From NCBI GenBank assembly GCA_905480575.1, contig CAJQQZ010000114.1:308-64307 (forward strand): a DNA stretch of 64,000 nt, given 5' to 3'. Origin of the DNA: an uncultured Alphaproteobacteria bacterium (GTDB lineage: Bacteria; Pseudomonadota; Alphaproteobacteria; UBA7985; CAJQQZ01). Below the pieces are notes generated by a model. The model was not told the DNA's origin. It made no database searches and saw only the letters and a list, made by a program, of their open reading frames with translations. Within the stretch, counting starts at the first letter, position 1. Each line of letters begins with the position of its first letter. Shown here one piece after another: positions 1 to 8,128 of this stretch. Both the position numbers and the translations under genes were made by a program.

Positions 1-75
1 AACCCCCTTGACGTGACAGACCTAATCTTTCTAATTGTGCTCTGGTAAAAGACAGCTTGCAGAGACATTTACGCC

Positions 76-201
76 ATGAAATCAAAGGCGGAAGCCAAAG
101 TAGAGAAAGCGGAACGTGTAGCCGCGGCCTTGCGTGCCAACCTGAAACGCCGAAAGGCCCAGTCCCGAGAGCGCAAAGCAGACGAAAAGAAGCAAGATTA
201 A
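76..201 (+). CDS. small (41 aa) lysine/arginine-rich hypothetical protein (MKSKAEAKVEKAERVAAALRANLKRRKAQSRERKADEKKQD)
   Basis: Short ATG-to-TAA ORF that is not in the supplied track because it is under 60 aa. Highly charged and helical in character. No obvious SD. The opposite-strand 82..276 ORF translates to low-complexity junk. Confidence 0.25.
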   Translation: MKSKAEAKVEKAERVAAALRANLKRRKAQSRERKADEKKQD

Positions 202-339
202 GCCAACCAAAAAGCCGTTAGATAGAGGTCCGGCCCACAAACTGTACCCACAACAGTGACTTCCCATTGTCTCCAAACAATAATTCCGCTAGAAATTCGC
301 GACTTTTTCTTAGAAACTCACACCTATAGGACTTCCATC

Positions 340-894
340 ATGGGCATTATGCCAGACACTTGGATTCGTGAAATGGCTCAAAAGCAGGGCATGATAGAGC
401 CTGTAGTTGAGAATCAGAAACGAGATGGCATGATTTCTTATGGTGTCTCCTCTTATGGTTATGATGCTCGGGTGTCTGACGAGTTCCGCATTTTTACTAA
501 TGTTGACAGCGCCGTGGTTGATCCTAAGGCTTTCGCAGACAACTCTTTTGTCGAACGCAAAACCGATGTTTGTGTCATCCCACCAAACTCTTTTGCTTTG
601 GCTCGCACGGTTGAATATTTCCGCATCCCTAGGGACACGCTTGTGATCTGTGTTGGTAAATCGACCTATGCGCGCTGTGGCATCATCGTCAACGTTACTC
701 CGCTGGAGCCCGAATGGGAGGGCCATGTGACGCTGGAATTCTCTAACACAACGCCGCTTCCTGCCAAGATTTATGCCAATGAAGGCGCTTGCCAGTTTCT
801 CTTCCTGAAAGGCGAGTCAGTTTGTGAGACTTCTTACGCCGACCGTGCAGGTAAATACCAAGGACAGACTGGCGTAACCTTGCCACGGCTCTAA
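340..894 (+). CDS. dcd: dCTP deaminase
   Basis: Translation [13 protein letters not shown]...[10 protein letters not shown]...[17 protein letters not shown] is characteristic of the Dcd/dUTPase-fold family. Start placed at the internal ATG matching the Dcd N-terminus. Confidence 0.85.
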   Translation: MGIMPDTWIREMAQKQGMIEPVVENQKRDGMISYGVSSYGYDARVSDEFRIFTNVDSAVVDPKAFADNSFVERKTDVCVIPPNSFALARTVEYFRIPRDTLVICVGKSTYARCGIIVNVTPLEPEWEGHVTLEFSNTTPLPAKIYANEGACQFLFLKGESVCETSYADRAGKYQGQTGVTLPRL

Positions 895-1001
895 TATATT
901 TCGGCGTTGCATCATATTTGCACAAATTCATCTTAGCTAGGTGATCTCTTTCAACTAGTTCCGTCTTTTGATCACGAACCTCATTCAAAGAAAATAAATC
1001 G

Positions 1002-2261
1002 ATGGCAAAAATTCTTGTCCAAGGTGGCAACCGATTAGAAGGCAAAATTACGATCTCAGGTGCAAAGAACGCCGCTTTGCCTCTGATCGCTGCTGCATTG
1101 CTGACCGACAAACCTCTCGTGCTGACAAACATGCCGGGCCTAGACGACGTTCAGACCATGTCGAACCTGATGAAAGGTTTGGGTGTATCAGTAGAACGGG
1201 ATCGCGATGCTGTTACCTTTGATGCCGCGCGGTTGAGCAGTACTAAAGCCCCGGAAGAACTGGTCCGCACCATGCGGGCGTCCGTGTTGGTTCTTGGTCC
1301 TCTCGTTGCACGCGAAGGCAAAGCTCAAGTCGCTCTCCCCGGAGGCTGTGCCATTGGCGCCCGCCCTGTTGATCTTCATTTGAGTGCGTTGGAGCAAATG
1401 GGCGCGGACATCACCATTCGTGACGGTTTTGTGGAAGCCGTGGCTCCAGATGGTTTGCGTGGCGCTTTCATTACATTCCCAAAAGTGTCTGTTGGCGCTA
1501 CCGAAAATCTTTTGATGGCGGCCACCCTTGCCAAGGGTGAAACCGTCCTCAACAATGCCGCTCAAGAACCAGAAATTACAGACTTGGCCGATTGCCTCCG
1601 GGCGATGGGAGCCAACATTACCGGAATAGGCACCAGCCGCCTAACGATACAAGGCGTTCCGTCCTTGCACGGGACCGTGCATCCAGTTGTGGCGGATAGG
1701 ATCGAAGCCGGCACTTTTGCTGTTGCAGCCGCGATGACGAGGGGCGATTTGTTGTTGGAAAATGCACGCGCCGACCACCTAACAGCACCGATCGACATCT
1801 TACGCCGCGTGGGTGCCACCGTATTGGAACAAGAAGGATCCATTAGAGTCCACTGTTCTGCAGATACATTGACTGCAACAGATTTCACGACAGAGCCTTT
1901 CCCCGCCTTTCCAACTGACCTGCAAGCCCAATTTATGGCGATGATGTCTATTGCTTCTGGAACAGCGGTGATCCGAGAAACGATCTTTGAAAATCGTTTC
2001 ATGCACGTGCCGGAACTGACACGAATGGGCGCTTCAATCTCAATCAACGACCGCTCTGCTATTGTTCGCGGGGTTGGTGGTTTGACCGGTGCACACGTAA
2101 TAGCGACCGATCTCCGTGCTTCGGTGGCCATGGTCCTTGCTGGATTGGTGGCTGAAGGACAAACGGAAATCGGTAATATCTACCACCTTGACCGTGGTTA
2201 CGATCAGGTTGAAGCAAAGCTTAGTGCCGTGGGCGCCTCCATTCAGCGTGTAGAAAGCTAG
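1002..2261 (+). CDS. murA: UDP-N-acetylglucosamine 1-carboxyvinyltransferase
   Basis: 419 aa with MAKILVQGGNRLEGKITISGAKNAALP...; full-length EPT-fold MurA signature. Confidence 0.95.
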   Translation: MAKILVQGGNRLEGKITISGAKNAALPLIAAALLTDKPLVLTNMPGLDDVQTMSNLMKGLGVSVERDRDAVTFDAARLSSTKAPEELVRTMRASVLVLGPLVAREGKAQVALPGGCAIGARPVDLHLSALEQMGADITIRDGFVEAVAPDGLRGAFITFPKVSVGATENLLMAATLAKGETVLNNAAQEPEITDLADCLRAMGANITGIGTSRLTIQGVPSLHGTVHPVVADRIEAGTFAVAAAMTRGDLLLENARADHLTAPIDILRRVGATVLEQEGSIRVHCSADTLTATDFTTEPFPAFPTDLQAQFMAMMSIASGTAVIRETIFENRFMHVPELTRMGASISINDRSAIVRGVGGLTGAHVIATDLRASVAMVLAGLVAEGQTEIGNIYHLDRGYDQVEAKLSAVGASIQRVES

Positions 2262-2274
2262 AATTGAGCTAAAA

Positions 2275-2775
2275 ATGGCTTTTAAGATTGTCGCCAAAGA
2301 TAAAGACGATTTGACTGTTATTTCGGCCCTGCTGCAAGACTCAATTGTGGCTCGGACTGACATGACGTTTTTGCCGGGCGAGCAACGCTTTGTCATGATC
2401 GTTAACCGATTCCGGTGGGAACAATCCGACTTGGACGACATGCTTGATGATGCACTGGTCGATAACAGGTCAAATGAAGATGCCTCATATTTGGACAATG
2501 ATAAAAATCTCACTGCCACTTTTTCTAGAGTCCAATCCGCGCTCCGCATTGAAAACGTTGAGGCTGCCCAAACGCGCAATCTTGAGCAATGCGCGGATTC
2601 CGTAGGTTTGTTGAATATTTTATCAGTCGGTTTAGAGCAAAACGTCCTGCTTATTACGCTTTCTAATCAAGCAGCCATTCGGTTAAATTTGGGCCAAATA
2701 GCCTGTTATCTTGAAGACATCAGCGAACCATGGCCAAGCCCCAGTAAGCCTGATCATAACGACGAGGATAATTGA
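2275..2775 (+). CDS. DUF2948-like conserved hypothetical protein (murA-downstream gene of alphaproteobacteria)
   Basis: 166 aa. Sits between murA and his genes as in many alphaproteobacteria. Its stop overlaps the hisG start region. Confidence 0.45.
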   Translation: MAFKIVAKDKDDLTVISALLQDSIVARTDMTFLPGEQRFVMIVNRFRWEQSDLDDMLDDALVDNRSNEDASYLDNDKNLTATFSRVQSALRIENVEAAQTRNLEQCADSVGLLNILSVGLEQNVLLITLSNQAAIRLNLGQIACYLEDISEPWPSPSKPDHNDEDN

Positions 2776-2777
2776 TC

Positions 2778-3464
2778 ATGAGTGGAAGTTCTTCCATTCG
2801 AAGAAAACATCTAACGATTGCCCTCCCGAAGGGACGTTTGTTGCAATCTGTTTTGCCGATTTTGCAGAAAGCAGGTTTGACGCCAGAGGATGAATTCTTC
2901 GACAGCAAGAGCAGGCGGTTGGAATTTGACACCTCGGATCCAAACGTTGGTCTGATCCCGGTTAAGCCTTTTGACGTCGCCACCTTTGTTGCATTTGGCA
3001 GTGCCGATCTAGGTCTGGTTGGTGCCGATGTTATTCACGAGTTTGGGTACGAGGAGATTTATATTCCGGTGGATTTGGGTCTCGGCCACTGTCGTTTGTC
3101 TGTTGCGGCTACCCCCGAAGTAGCAGACCAACCGATTGGACACCTTAGTCATTTGAGGATTGCAACCAAGTACCCGAACCTCACCCGAAACTTCTTTGCC
3201 CAAAAGGGCATCCAGGCAGAGTGTGTCAAACTCAATGGTGCGATTGAATTGGCGCCCAAGTTGGGGCTTTGTCCTTACATCGTCGATATCGTGACCACTG
3301 GCAACACGCTTAAAGCCAATGGCTTGGTTGAGATGGAGACCATTTTGGAGGCAACCTCCCGGCTGATTGTCAATCGCAATTCATTCAAAACCAAGTCCGA
3401 CTCTATCAACCATTGGATTACCGCCTTTCGCGAAGCAGTGGACGACAAAGCGGACGCGGCGTAG
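2778..3464 (+). CDS. hisG: ATP phosphoribosyltransferase (short form)
   Basis: LTIALPKGRL...KYPNLTRNFF...VDIVTTGNTLKANGL motifs. The track ORF begins at TTG 2772; ATG 2778 is preferred. Confidence 0.85.
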   Translation: MSGSSSIRRKHLTIALPKGRLLQSVLPILQKAGLTPEDEFFDSKSRRLEFDTSDPNVGLIPVKPFDVATFVAFGSADLGLVGADVIHEFGYEEIYIPVDLGLGHCRLSVAATPEVADQPIGHLSHLRIATKYPNLTRNFFAQKGIQAECVKLNGAIELAPKLGLCPYIVDIVTTGNTLKANGLVEMETILEATSRLIVNRNSFKTKSDSINHWITAFREAVDDKADAA

Positions 3465-3549
3465 GGTCTGTTGACTTTAACTATTCCTTGTTCGAAGTGT
3501 TAATCGACCATAGACTAGTGGCTTGAATTTGCAGGTAAGGATCAAATAA

Positions 3550-4047
3550 GTGGCGGACGAAGCGAACCATCGCATCGTACATATCTCTTTAGAAGGCGAC
3601 CTGGGTGCGCGTGGCAACCCAGAGGTCGAGCACGAGCGCAAGATCGCCGTGTTTGACCTCATTGAAGAAAACTTCTTTCGTCCAATTCGCAGTCCTCATG
3701 GGCCCTACACGCTTTTTCTTTCGGTCGCTGACAACCGTTTGTTGTTTGATATTCGCAACGAAGAGAAGGAAGAAATGGGTCAAATCATGTTGTCCCTAAC
3801 CCCCTTCCGTCGGATCATTCGTGACTATTTCAAAGTTTGCGATTCTTACTATGAAGCGATTCGATCCGCCCCTCCGTCAAAGATTGAAGCCTTGGATATG
3901 GGCAGACGTGCCTTACACAATGAGGCCTCTGAGTTATTGATCCAGCGTTTGGATGGCAAGATTGAGTTGGACGTTGATACAGCCCGGCGATTTATCACGC
4001 TGATTTCCAGCCTCTATTTCCAAGGTGGCGCTGGTCGTGACCTTTGA
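3550..4047 (+). CDS. UPF0262-family conserved hypothetical protein
   Basis: 165 aa with a GTG start. Resembles the UPF0262 family found next to his/arsC genes in alphaproteobacteria. Confidence 0.5.
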   Translation: MADEANHRIVHISLEGDLGARGNPEVEHERKIAVFDLIEENFFRPIRSPHGPYTLFLSVADNRLLFDIRNEEKEEMGQIMLSLTPFRRIIRDYFKVCDSYYEAIRSAPPSKIEALDMGRRALHNEASELLIQRLDGKIELDVDTARRFITLISSLYFQGGAGRDL

Positions 4048-4486
4048 TGAGAATGGGCCTAAATCTGTCCTTTTCGTCTGCACAATGAACTCCGTCCGCT
4101 CTCCAATGGCTGAGGTCTTGATGAAAGCCGCGTTGCAAAGATCTGGGGTCAGTGACGTCTTTGTCGATTCTGCCGGTGTTGAAACAAGGGATATAGACGG
4201 TTTCGCAATTGCAGTGATGGCGGAACTAGATCTTGACCTGGAACGCCATGGTGCCAAAGATCTGTTTGAAGCTGAATTTGACAGCTATGATTTGATCATA
4301 ACACTATCGACCAGGGCACATGGGGCAATAGAGCAGCAAATGAAGACCTCGTCTTTTGCTACCGAACACTGGCCAGTTCCTGACCCCAGTGACCAAGATG
4401 GCAAACGCGCGCTGCGTTTAGAGGCTTTTCGTGCGGCCCGGGACGATATCTCTGCCCGTATTGAGCAACGCTTTTTCGCGAAATAG
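4025..4486 (+). CDS. low-molecular-weight phosphotyrosine phosphatase / ArsC-like protein
   Basis: CX5R P-loop (VLFVCTMNSVRSPMAE) typical of the LMW-PTP/ArsC family. Overlaps the upstream gene by 23 nt. Confidence 0.7.
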   Translation: MALVVTFDENGPKSVLFVCTMNSVRSPMAEVLMKAALQRSGVSDVFVDSAGVETRDIDGFAIAVMAELDLDLERHGAKDLFEAEFDSYDLIITLSTRAHGAIEQQMKTSSFATEHWPVPDPSDQDGKRALRLEAFRAARDDISARIEQRFFAK

Positions 4487-4573
4487 CTTTATTCGCATTG
4501 AAGTCTTGGTGCTTTTCGAAAAAGACACTATATAGGCTCCGATAATCCCGCCTAAACACCTGAAAGGTAAGGA

Positions 4574-4792
4574 ATGGCCAAAGAAGACCTCATAGAATTT
4601 ACTGGCGAAGTTATGGAACTTCTCCCTAATGCTATGTTTCGTGTACGTCTGGACAATGATCATGAGATCCTGGCTCACACATCCGGAAAGATGCGTAAGA
4701 ACCGCATTCGTGTTCTCGCTGGCGACCGCGTCAACGTAGAAATGACGCCCTATGACCTGAGTAAAGGTCGGATTACTTTCCGTTACAAATAG
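4574..4792 (+). CDS. infA: translation initiation factor IF-1
   Basis: 72 aa reading [53 protein letters not shown]; S1-fold IF-1. Confidence 0.95.
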   Translation: MAKEDLIEFTGEVMELLPNAMFRVRLDNDHEILAHTSGKMRKNRIRVLAGDRVNVEMTPYDLSKGRITFRYK

Positions 4793-4802
4793 TCCTGAGA
4801 CG

Positions 4803-5402
4803 GTGGCGACCGACTTTCCTTTTATTCTGGCTTCCGCGTCGCCGCGCCGACTAGATCTGCTCGCGCAGATTGGACTTGTTCCCGATCTGGTACTCCCGGC
4901 TGATATTGACGAAGAGCCGGCATCCGAAGAACAACCGCGCCCTTATGCCTTACGGATGGCGACGTCTAAGTTGGAAGCTGTTCGCAGTCATCGACAAGAT
5001 GCAGTCATTTTAGCCGCTGATACAGTCGTGGCTGTTGGACGTCGGATTTTGCCAAAAACCGAGGATGAAACAGAGGCTCGACGCTGTCTAAATCTGCTAT
5101 CTGGTCGTCGCCACCGTGTCATCGGGGCCATTGCTGTTGCTAGCCCCAGTCGGAAAATTTCGACTCGATTGGTTTCCACGGTTGTGAAGTTTAAACGGCT
5201 CCACCCAGCTGAAGTCGATAGTTACATTCAAAGCGGCGAATGGAAAAGCAAAGCGGGCGGCTATGCCATTCAAGGGTTGGCGGCAAAGTTTATCCCCTTT
5301 CTTTCAGGCTCCTATACCAATGTCGTGGGGCTTTCCCTTCCAGAAACCGCAAACCTTCTGAACTCAGCAATGGCCAATAGTTCTAAAACCTTAGAGCCAT
5401 GA
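4803..5402 (+). CDS. maf: Maf-like nucleoside triphosphate pyrophosphatase
   Basis: ILASASPRR...LAADTVV...GYAIQG Maf/Ham1 signature. Conserved infA-maf-rng order. Confidence 0.85.
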   Translation: MATDFPFILASASPRRLDLLAQIGLVPDLVLPADIDEEPASEEQPRPYALRMATSKLEAVRSHRQDAVILAADTVVAVGRRILPKTEDETEARRCLNLLSGRRHRVIGAIAVASPSRKISTRLVSTVVKFKRLHPAEVDSYIQSGEWKSKAGGYAIQGLAAKFIPFLSGSYTNVVGLSLPETANLLNSAMANSSKTLEP

Positions 5403-6304
5403 CGTCCGAGCTTTGGTTACTTGATCGAGGCCCGACACAAATTGCTGCAATCATTAGAAACGGCGATTTCATAGACATCGCACGAAAAAATGAAAACCGT
5501 CGGACTACAACGGGCAGCCGTTTCATCGGTAAAATCGTTGAAAAGAACAGCAATTTACGCGCGCTATTTGTCGACTTAGGGCTTGCACGTCCAGGCTTTT
5601 TGCCGCTTTCCAAAACCACAAAACCACTGACGATCGGACAATCTGTCGACGTTACTTGTGTAAGCGAGTTGAGTGCGCTGAAAGGGCCATCACTTAAGCT
5701 GAATGCAATACCAACCGAGAAGGCAGAGACTCCAACCTTGATATTTGATGCCGATGATCCTGTCTCCGTCTTGAGGAATAGAAAAGAAGAGATCGACCTG
5801 GCGCTCTGTAACGAGCCAGCTTTGGTCGACTGCCTTCGTGCAAAGCTGCCAACCACACAAAAGATAAGTCCTGTTGCCAAGTCCAACTATTCCGACAATT
5901 GGCAGCAAGACCTTCTTGAATATTGCGAAGCTTTGGATGATCCTACCTGGATTTTTGATGCCTCAACAGGTGCTTCCTTGTTGTTTGAACCTGGCCAGAC
6001 CCTCTTGGCCATTGATGTCAATTCTGGCAGCGGTGCGGTTCGTGATGAAGAAGAGCGTCTGAAAATTAATCTGATTGCTGCTGAAGCTATTGCCAAGCAG
6101 ATAAAATTACGACAGCTATCAGGCCAAATCGTCGTTGATTTTTTAGGCCTCGAGCGTCGCGAGTCCCGTCAGTTAGTCACACAAAAAGTCGAAAAACGGC
6201 TCGCGATTTTACCCAATCGATTTGAGGTGGTGCCAATGAATTCATTAGGTCTCGTTTGTTTGTCACTTCAACGACTCTATCCAGCATTTCATGAAAGTAA
6301 GTAG
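5399..6304 (+). CDS. compact RNase E/G-family protein (about 300 aa; S1-like N-terminus plus DNase-I-like catalytic core, no C-terminal domains)
   Basis: N-terminus RFIGKIVEKNSNLRALFVDLGLARPGFLPL resembles the RNase G S1 region. C-terminus AIDVNSGSG...GQIVVDFLGLERRESR resembles the catalytic VDINTG...IIIDFIDM region. ATGA overlap with the maf stop. Only about 60% of RNase G length. Confidence 0.5.
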   Translation: MTSELWLLDRGPTQIAAIIRNGDFIDIARKNENRRTTTGSRFIGKIVEKNSNLRALFVDLGLARPGFLPLSKTTKPLTIGQSVDVTCVSELSALKGPSLKLNAIPTEKAETPTLIFDADDPVSVLRNRKEEIDLALCNEPALVDCLRAKLPTTQKISPVAKSNYSDNWQQDLLEYCEALDDPTWIFDASTGASLLFEPGQTLLAIDVNSGSGAVRDEEERLKINLIAAEAIAKQIKLRQLSGQIVVDFLGLERRESRQLVTQKVEKRLAILPNRFEVVPMNSLGLVCLSLQRLYPAFHESK

Positions 6305-6314
6305 GAGTAAGTCT

Positions 6315-6497
6315 ATGGCCAGCACCTTAGATGAAACCGCACCTTTGCCCAGCAAGTTTTGCCCAATTTGTGAACGTCAGGCGATTTATGCGTTCCGGCC
6401 TTTTTGCTCCAAACGTTGCGCTGACGTCGATTTGGGCAAATGGTTCCAAGAATCCTACGCCATACCGACTTCAATTGATGATGAGTCCGAATCATAA
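6315..6497 (+). CDS. yacG: DNA gyrase inhibitor YacG (zinc finger)
   Basis: CPICERQ...FRPFCSKRCADVDLGKW zinc-ribbon motif. AGGAG RBS lies 8 nt upstream of ATG 6315. Confidence 0.8.
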   Translation: MASTLDETAPLPSKFCPICERQAIYAFRPFCSKRCADVDLGKWFQESYAIPTSIDDESES

Positions 6498-6663
6498 AGT
6501 CTCGTTTTGAGACTAAATCGCAGTCGTTGCTCGCTTCATAACCTGAGTGGCACGTTATATCAGCGGCGGTTTTTGCAAATTAGGACACGTTTGTTGACCA
6601 TTTGGCGACGAGCAAGTAAAAAGCCCTTTCCTGTTAAGCAGTTTGGATCGGAAAGGACCGACA

Positions 6664-8106
6664 ATGTCGACATCAATGTTGAAGTTCGTCAGCAAAGATC
6701 AGAAGGGCCCGGATAAAAGAGCGGCCGATGATCGGCGTTTAGATTTCGATGAAATCTACCAACGGTTTTCTGATACCCAAGCCAAAGACCAAGCATCACG
6801 GTGCAGCCAATGTGGCGTGCCCTATTGCCAAGTTCATTGCCCTCTCAGCAACAACATCCCTGATTGGCTTATGCTGGCGACCAACGGTCGCCTGGAAGAA
6901 GCCTATCAGCTTTCTAGCGCCACCAACAACTTTCCTGAGATTTGCGGGCGGATTTGCCCTCAGGACCGTTTGTGCGAAGGCAACTGTGTCATCGAACAGG
7001 CAGGCCACGGCACAGTCACCATTGGTTCGGTCGAGCAATACATCACAGAAACAGCCTGGGAAAATGGTTGGGTTGAACCAATCAAACCCGCTGTGGAACT
7101 TGATCTCTCTGTTGGTATCATTGGTGCTGGACCAGCAGGCCTGGCTGCAGCCGAAGAACTAAGAAAACAAGGCTACCAAGTAACCGTCTATGACCGTTAT
7201 GATCGCGTTGGTGGATTACTCATTTATGGTATTCCGAACTTCAAACTCGACAAAGCCGTTGTTAATCGACGCACCGACCTGCTGGAACAATCCGGCGTTC
7301 AATTCAAACTCAATTGTGAAATTGGCAAAGACGTTTCGTTTGAAAAACTTCGGGCGCAACATGATGCCGTTTTGATCGCGACGGGGGTTTACAAAGCCAG
7401 GGAACTGGCTGCTCCAGGTTCTGGCCTCCCATCTATCGTCCCTGCTTTGGATTACCTGACAGCCAACAACAAGAATTCCATGGGTGATAGTGTTGAAGAT
7501 TTTGACGACGGCAGCCTCAATGCAAAGGGTAAATCCGTTGTTGTAATCGGTGGCGGTGATACGGCGATGGACTGTGTCAGAACCGCCATTCGGCAGGGTG
7601 CTAAATCCGTGAAGTGCCTCTATCGCCGCAACAAAGAAAACATGCCGGGGTCACAAAGGGAAGTAGCCAACGCGGTCGAAGAAGGCGTTGACTTCGTTTG
7701 GCAAACCGCCCCGGAAGCTTTTTTGGGTGATGATAGAGTGACAGCGGTACAGGCGGTCGCCATGCGTTTAGGCGCACCAGATGAGACCGGCCGGCAAATG
7801 CCTAAGGTGGTCAAAGAATCCTCTTATAAAATTGAGGCTGATCTGGTCATCAAAGCGTTGGGCTTTGACCCAGAAGACCTCAAGGAAAAACTAGATACGT
7901 CTGATCTTAAAGTCAGCAAATGGAATACGGTTCGGGTTTCTTGGACGTCAATGATGACCTCTATTCCCGGTGTTTTCGCGGCTGGCGACATCGTCCGCGG
8001 TGCAAGTCTTGTGGTCTGGGCCATAAAAGATGGCCGCGACGCCGCCGAACAAATCAATCTTTATTTGGAAAACAAATTGGCTGAAGCGCAGTCGTCTGCA
8101 GCATAG
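6664..8106 (+). CDS. gltD: glutamate synthase (NADPH) small subunit
   Basis: CxxCG...C Fe-S motif (RCSQCGVPYCQVHCP), ICPQDRLCEGNC, and GAGPAGLAAA FAD/NAD Rossmann motifs. Start at MSTSM behind the RBS GGAAAGGA. Confidence 0.9.
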   Translation: MSTSMLKFVSKDQKGPDKRAADDRRLDFDEIYQRFSDTQAKDQASRCSQCGVPYCQVHCPLSNNIPDWLMLATNGRLEEAYQLSSATNNFPEICGRICPQDRLCEGNCVIEQAGHGTVTIGSVEQYITETAWENGWVEPIKPAVELDLSVGIIGAGPAGLAAAEELRKQGYQVTVYDRYDRVGGLLIYGIPNFKLDKAVVNRRTDLLEQSGVQFKLNCEIGKDVSFEKLRAQHDAVLIATGVYKARELAAPGSGLPSIVPALDYLTANNKNSMGDSVEDFDDGSLNAKGKSVVVIGGGDTAMDCVRTAIRQGAKSVKCLYRRNKENMPGSQREVANAVEEGVDFVWQTAPEAFLGDDRVTAVQAVAMRLGAPDETGRQMPKVVKESSYKIEADLVIKALGFDPEDLKEKLDTSDLKVSKWNTVRVSWTSMMTSIPGVFAAGDIVRGASLVVWAIKDGRDAAEQINLYLENKLAEAQSSAA

Positions 8107-8128
8107 CCAATTGAAGGAGAGTAGAACC

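Noticed and set aside
1188-2579. Long antisense ORFs (125 to 189 aa) opposite murA
   Set aside because: They lie entirely inside a gene with an unambiguous protein signature on the other strand. They translate to low-complexity Arg/Ser/Ala-rich sequence typical of GC-rich antisense frames.
4803-5402. Two Maf paralogues (4803..5402 and 52373..52969) as a possible unusual duplication
   Set aside because: Having both YhdE-like and YceF-like Maf paralogues is common in proteobacteria. Each sits in its conserved neighbourhood (infA-maf and RP001-maf-coaE).
5383-5886. 167-aa minus-strand ORF overlapping the RNase E/G-like gene
   Set aside because: The plus-strand frame carries recognisable S1/RNase E-G motifs and translational coupling to maf. 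The minus frame has no recognisable features.
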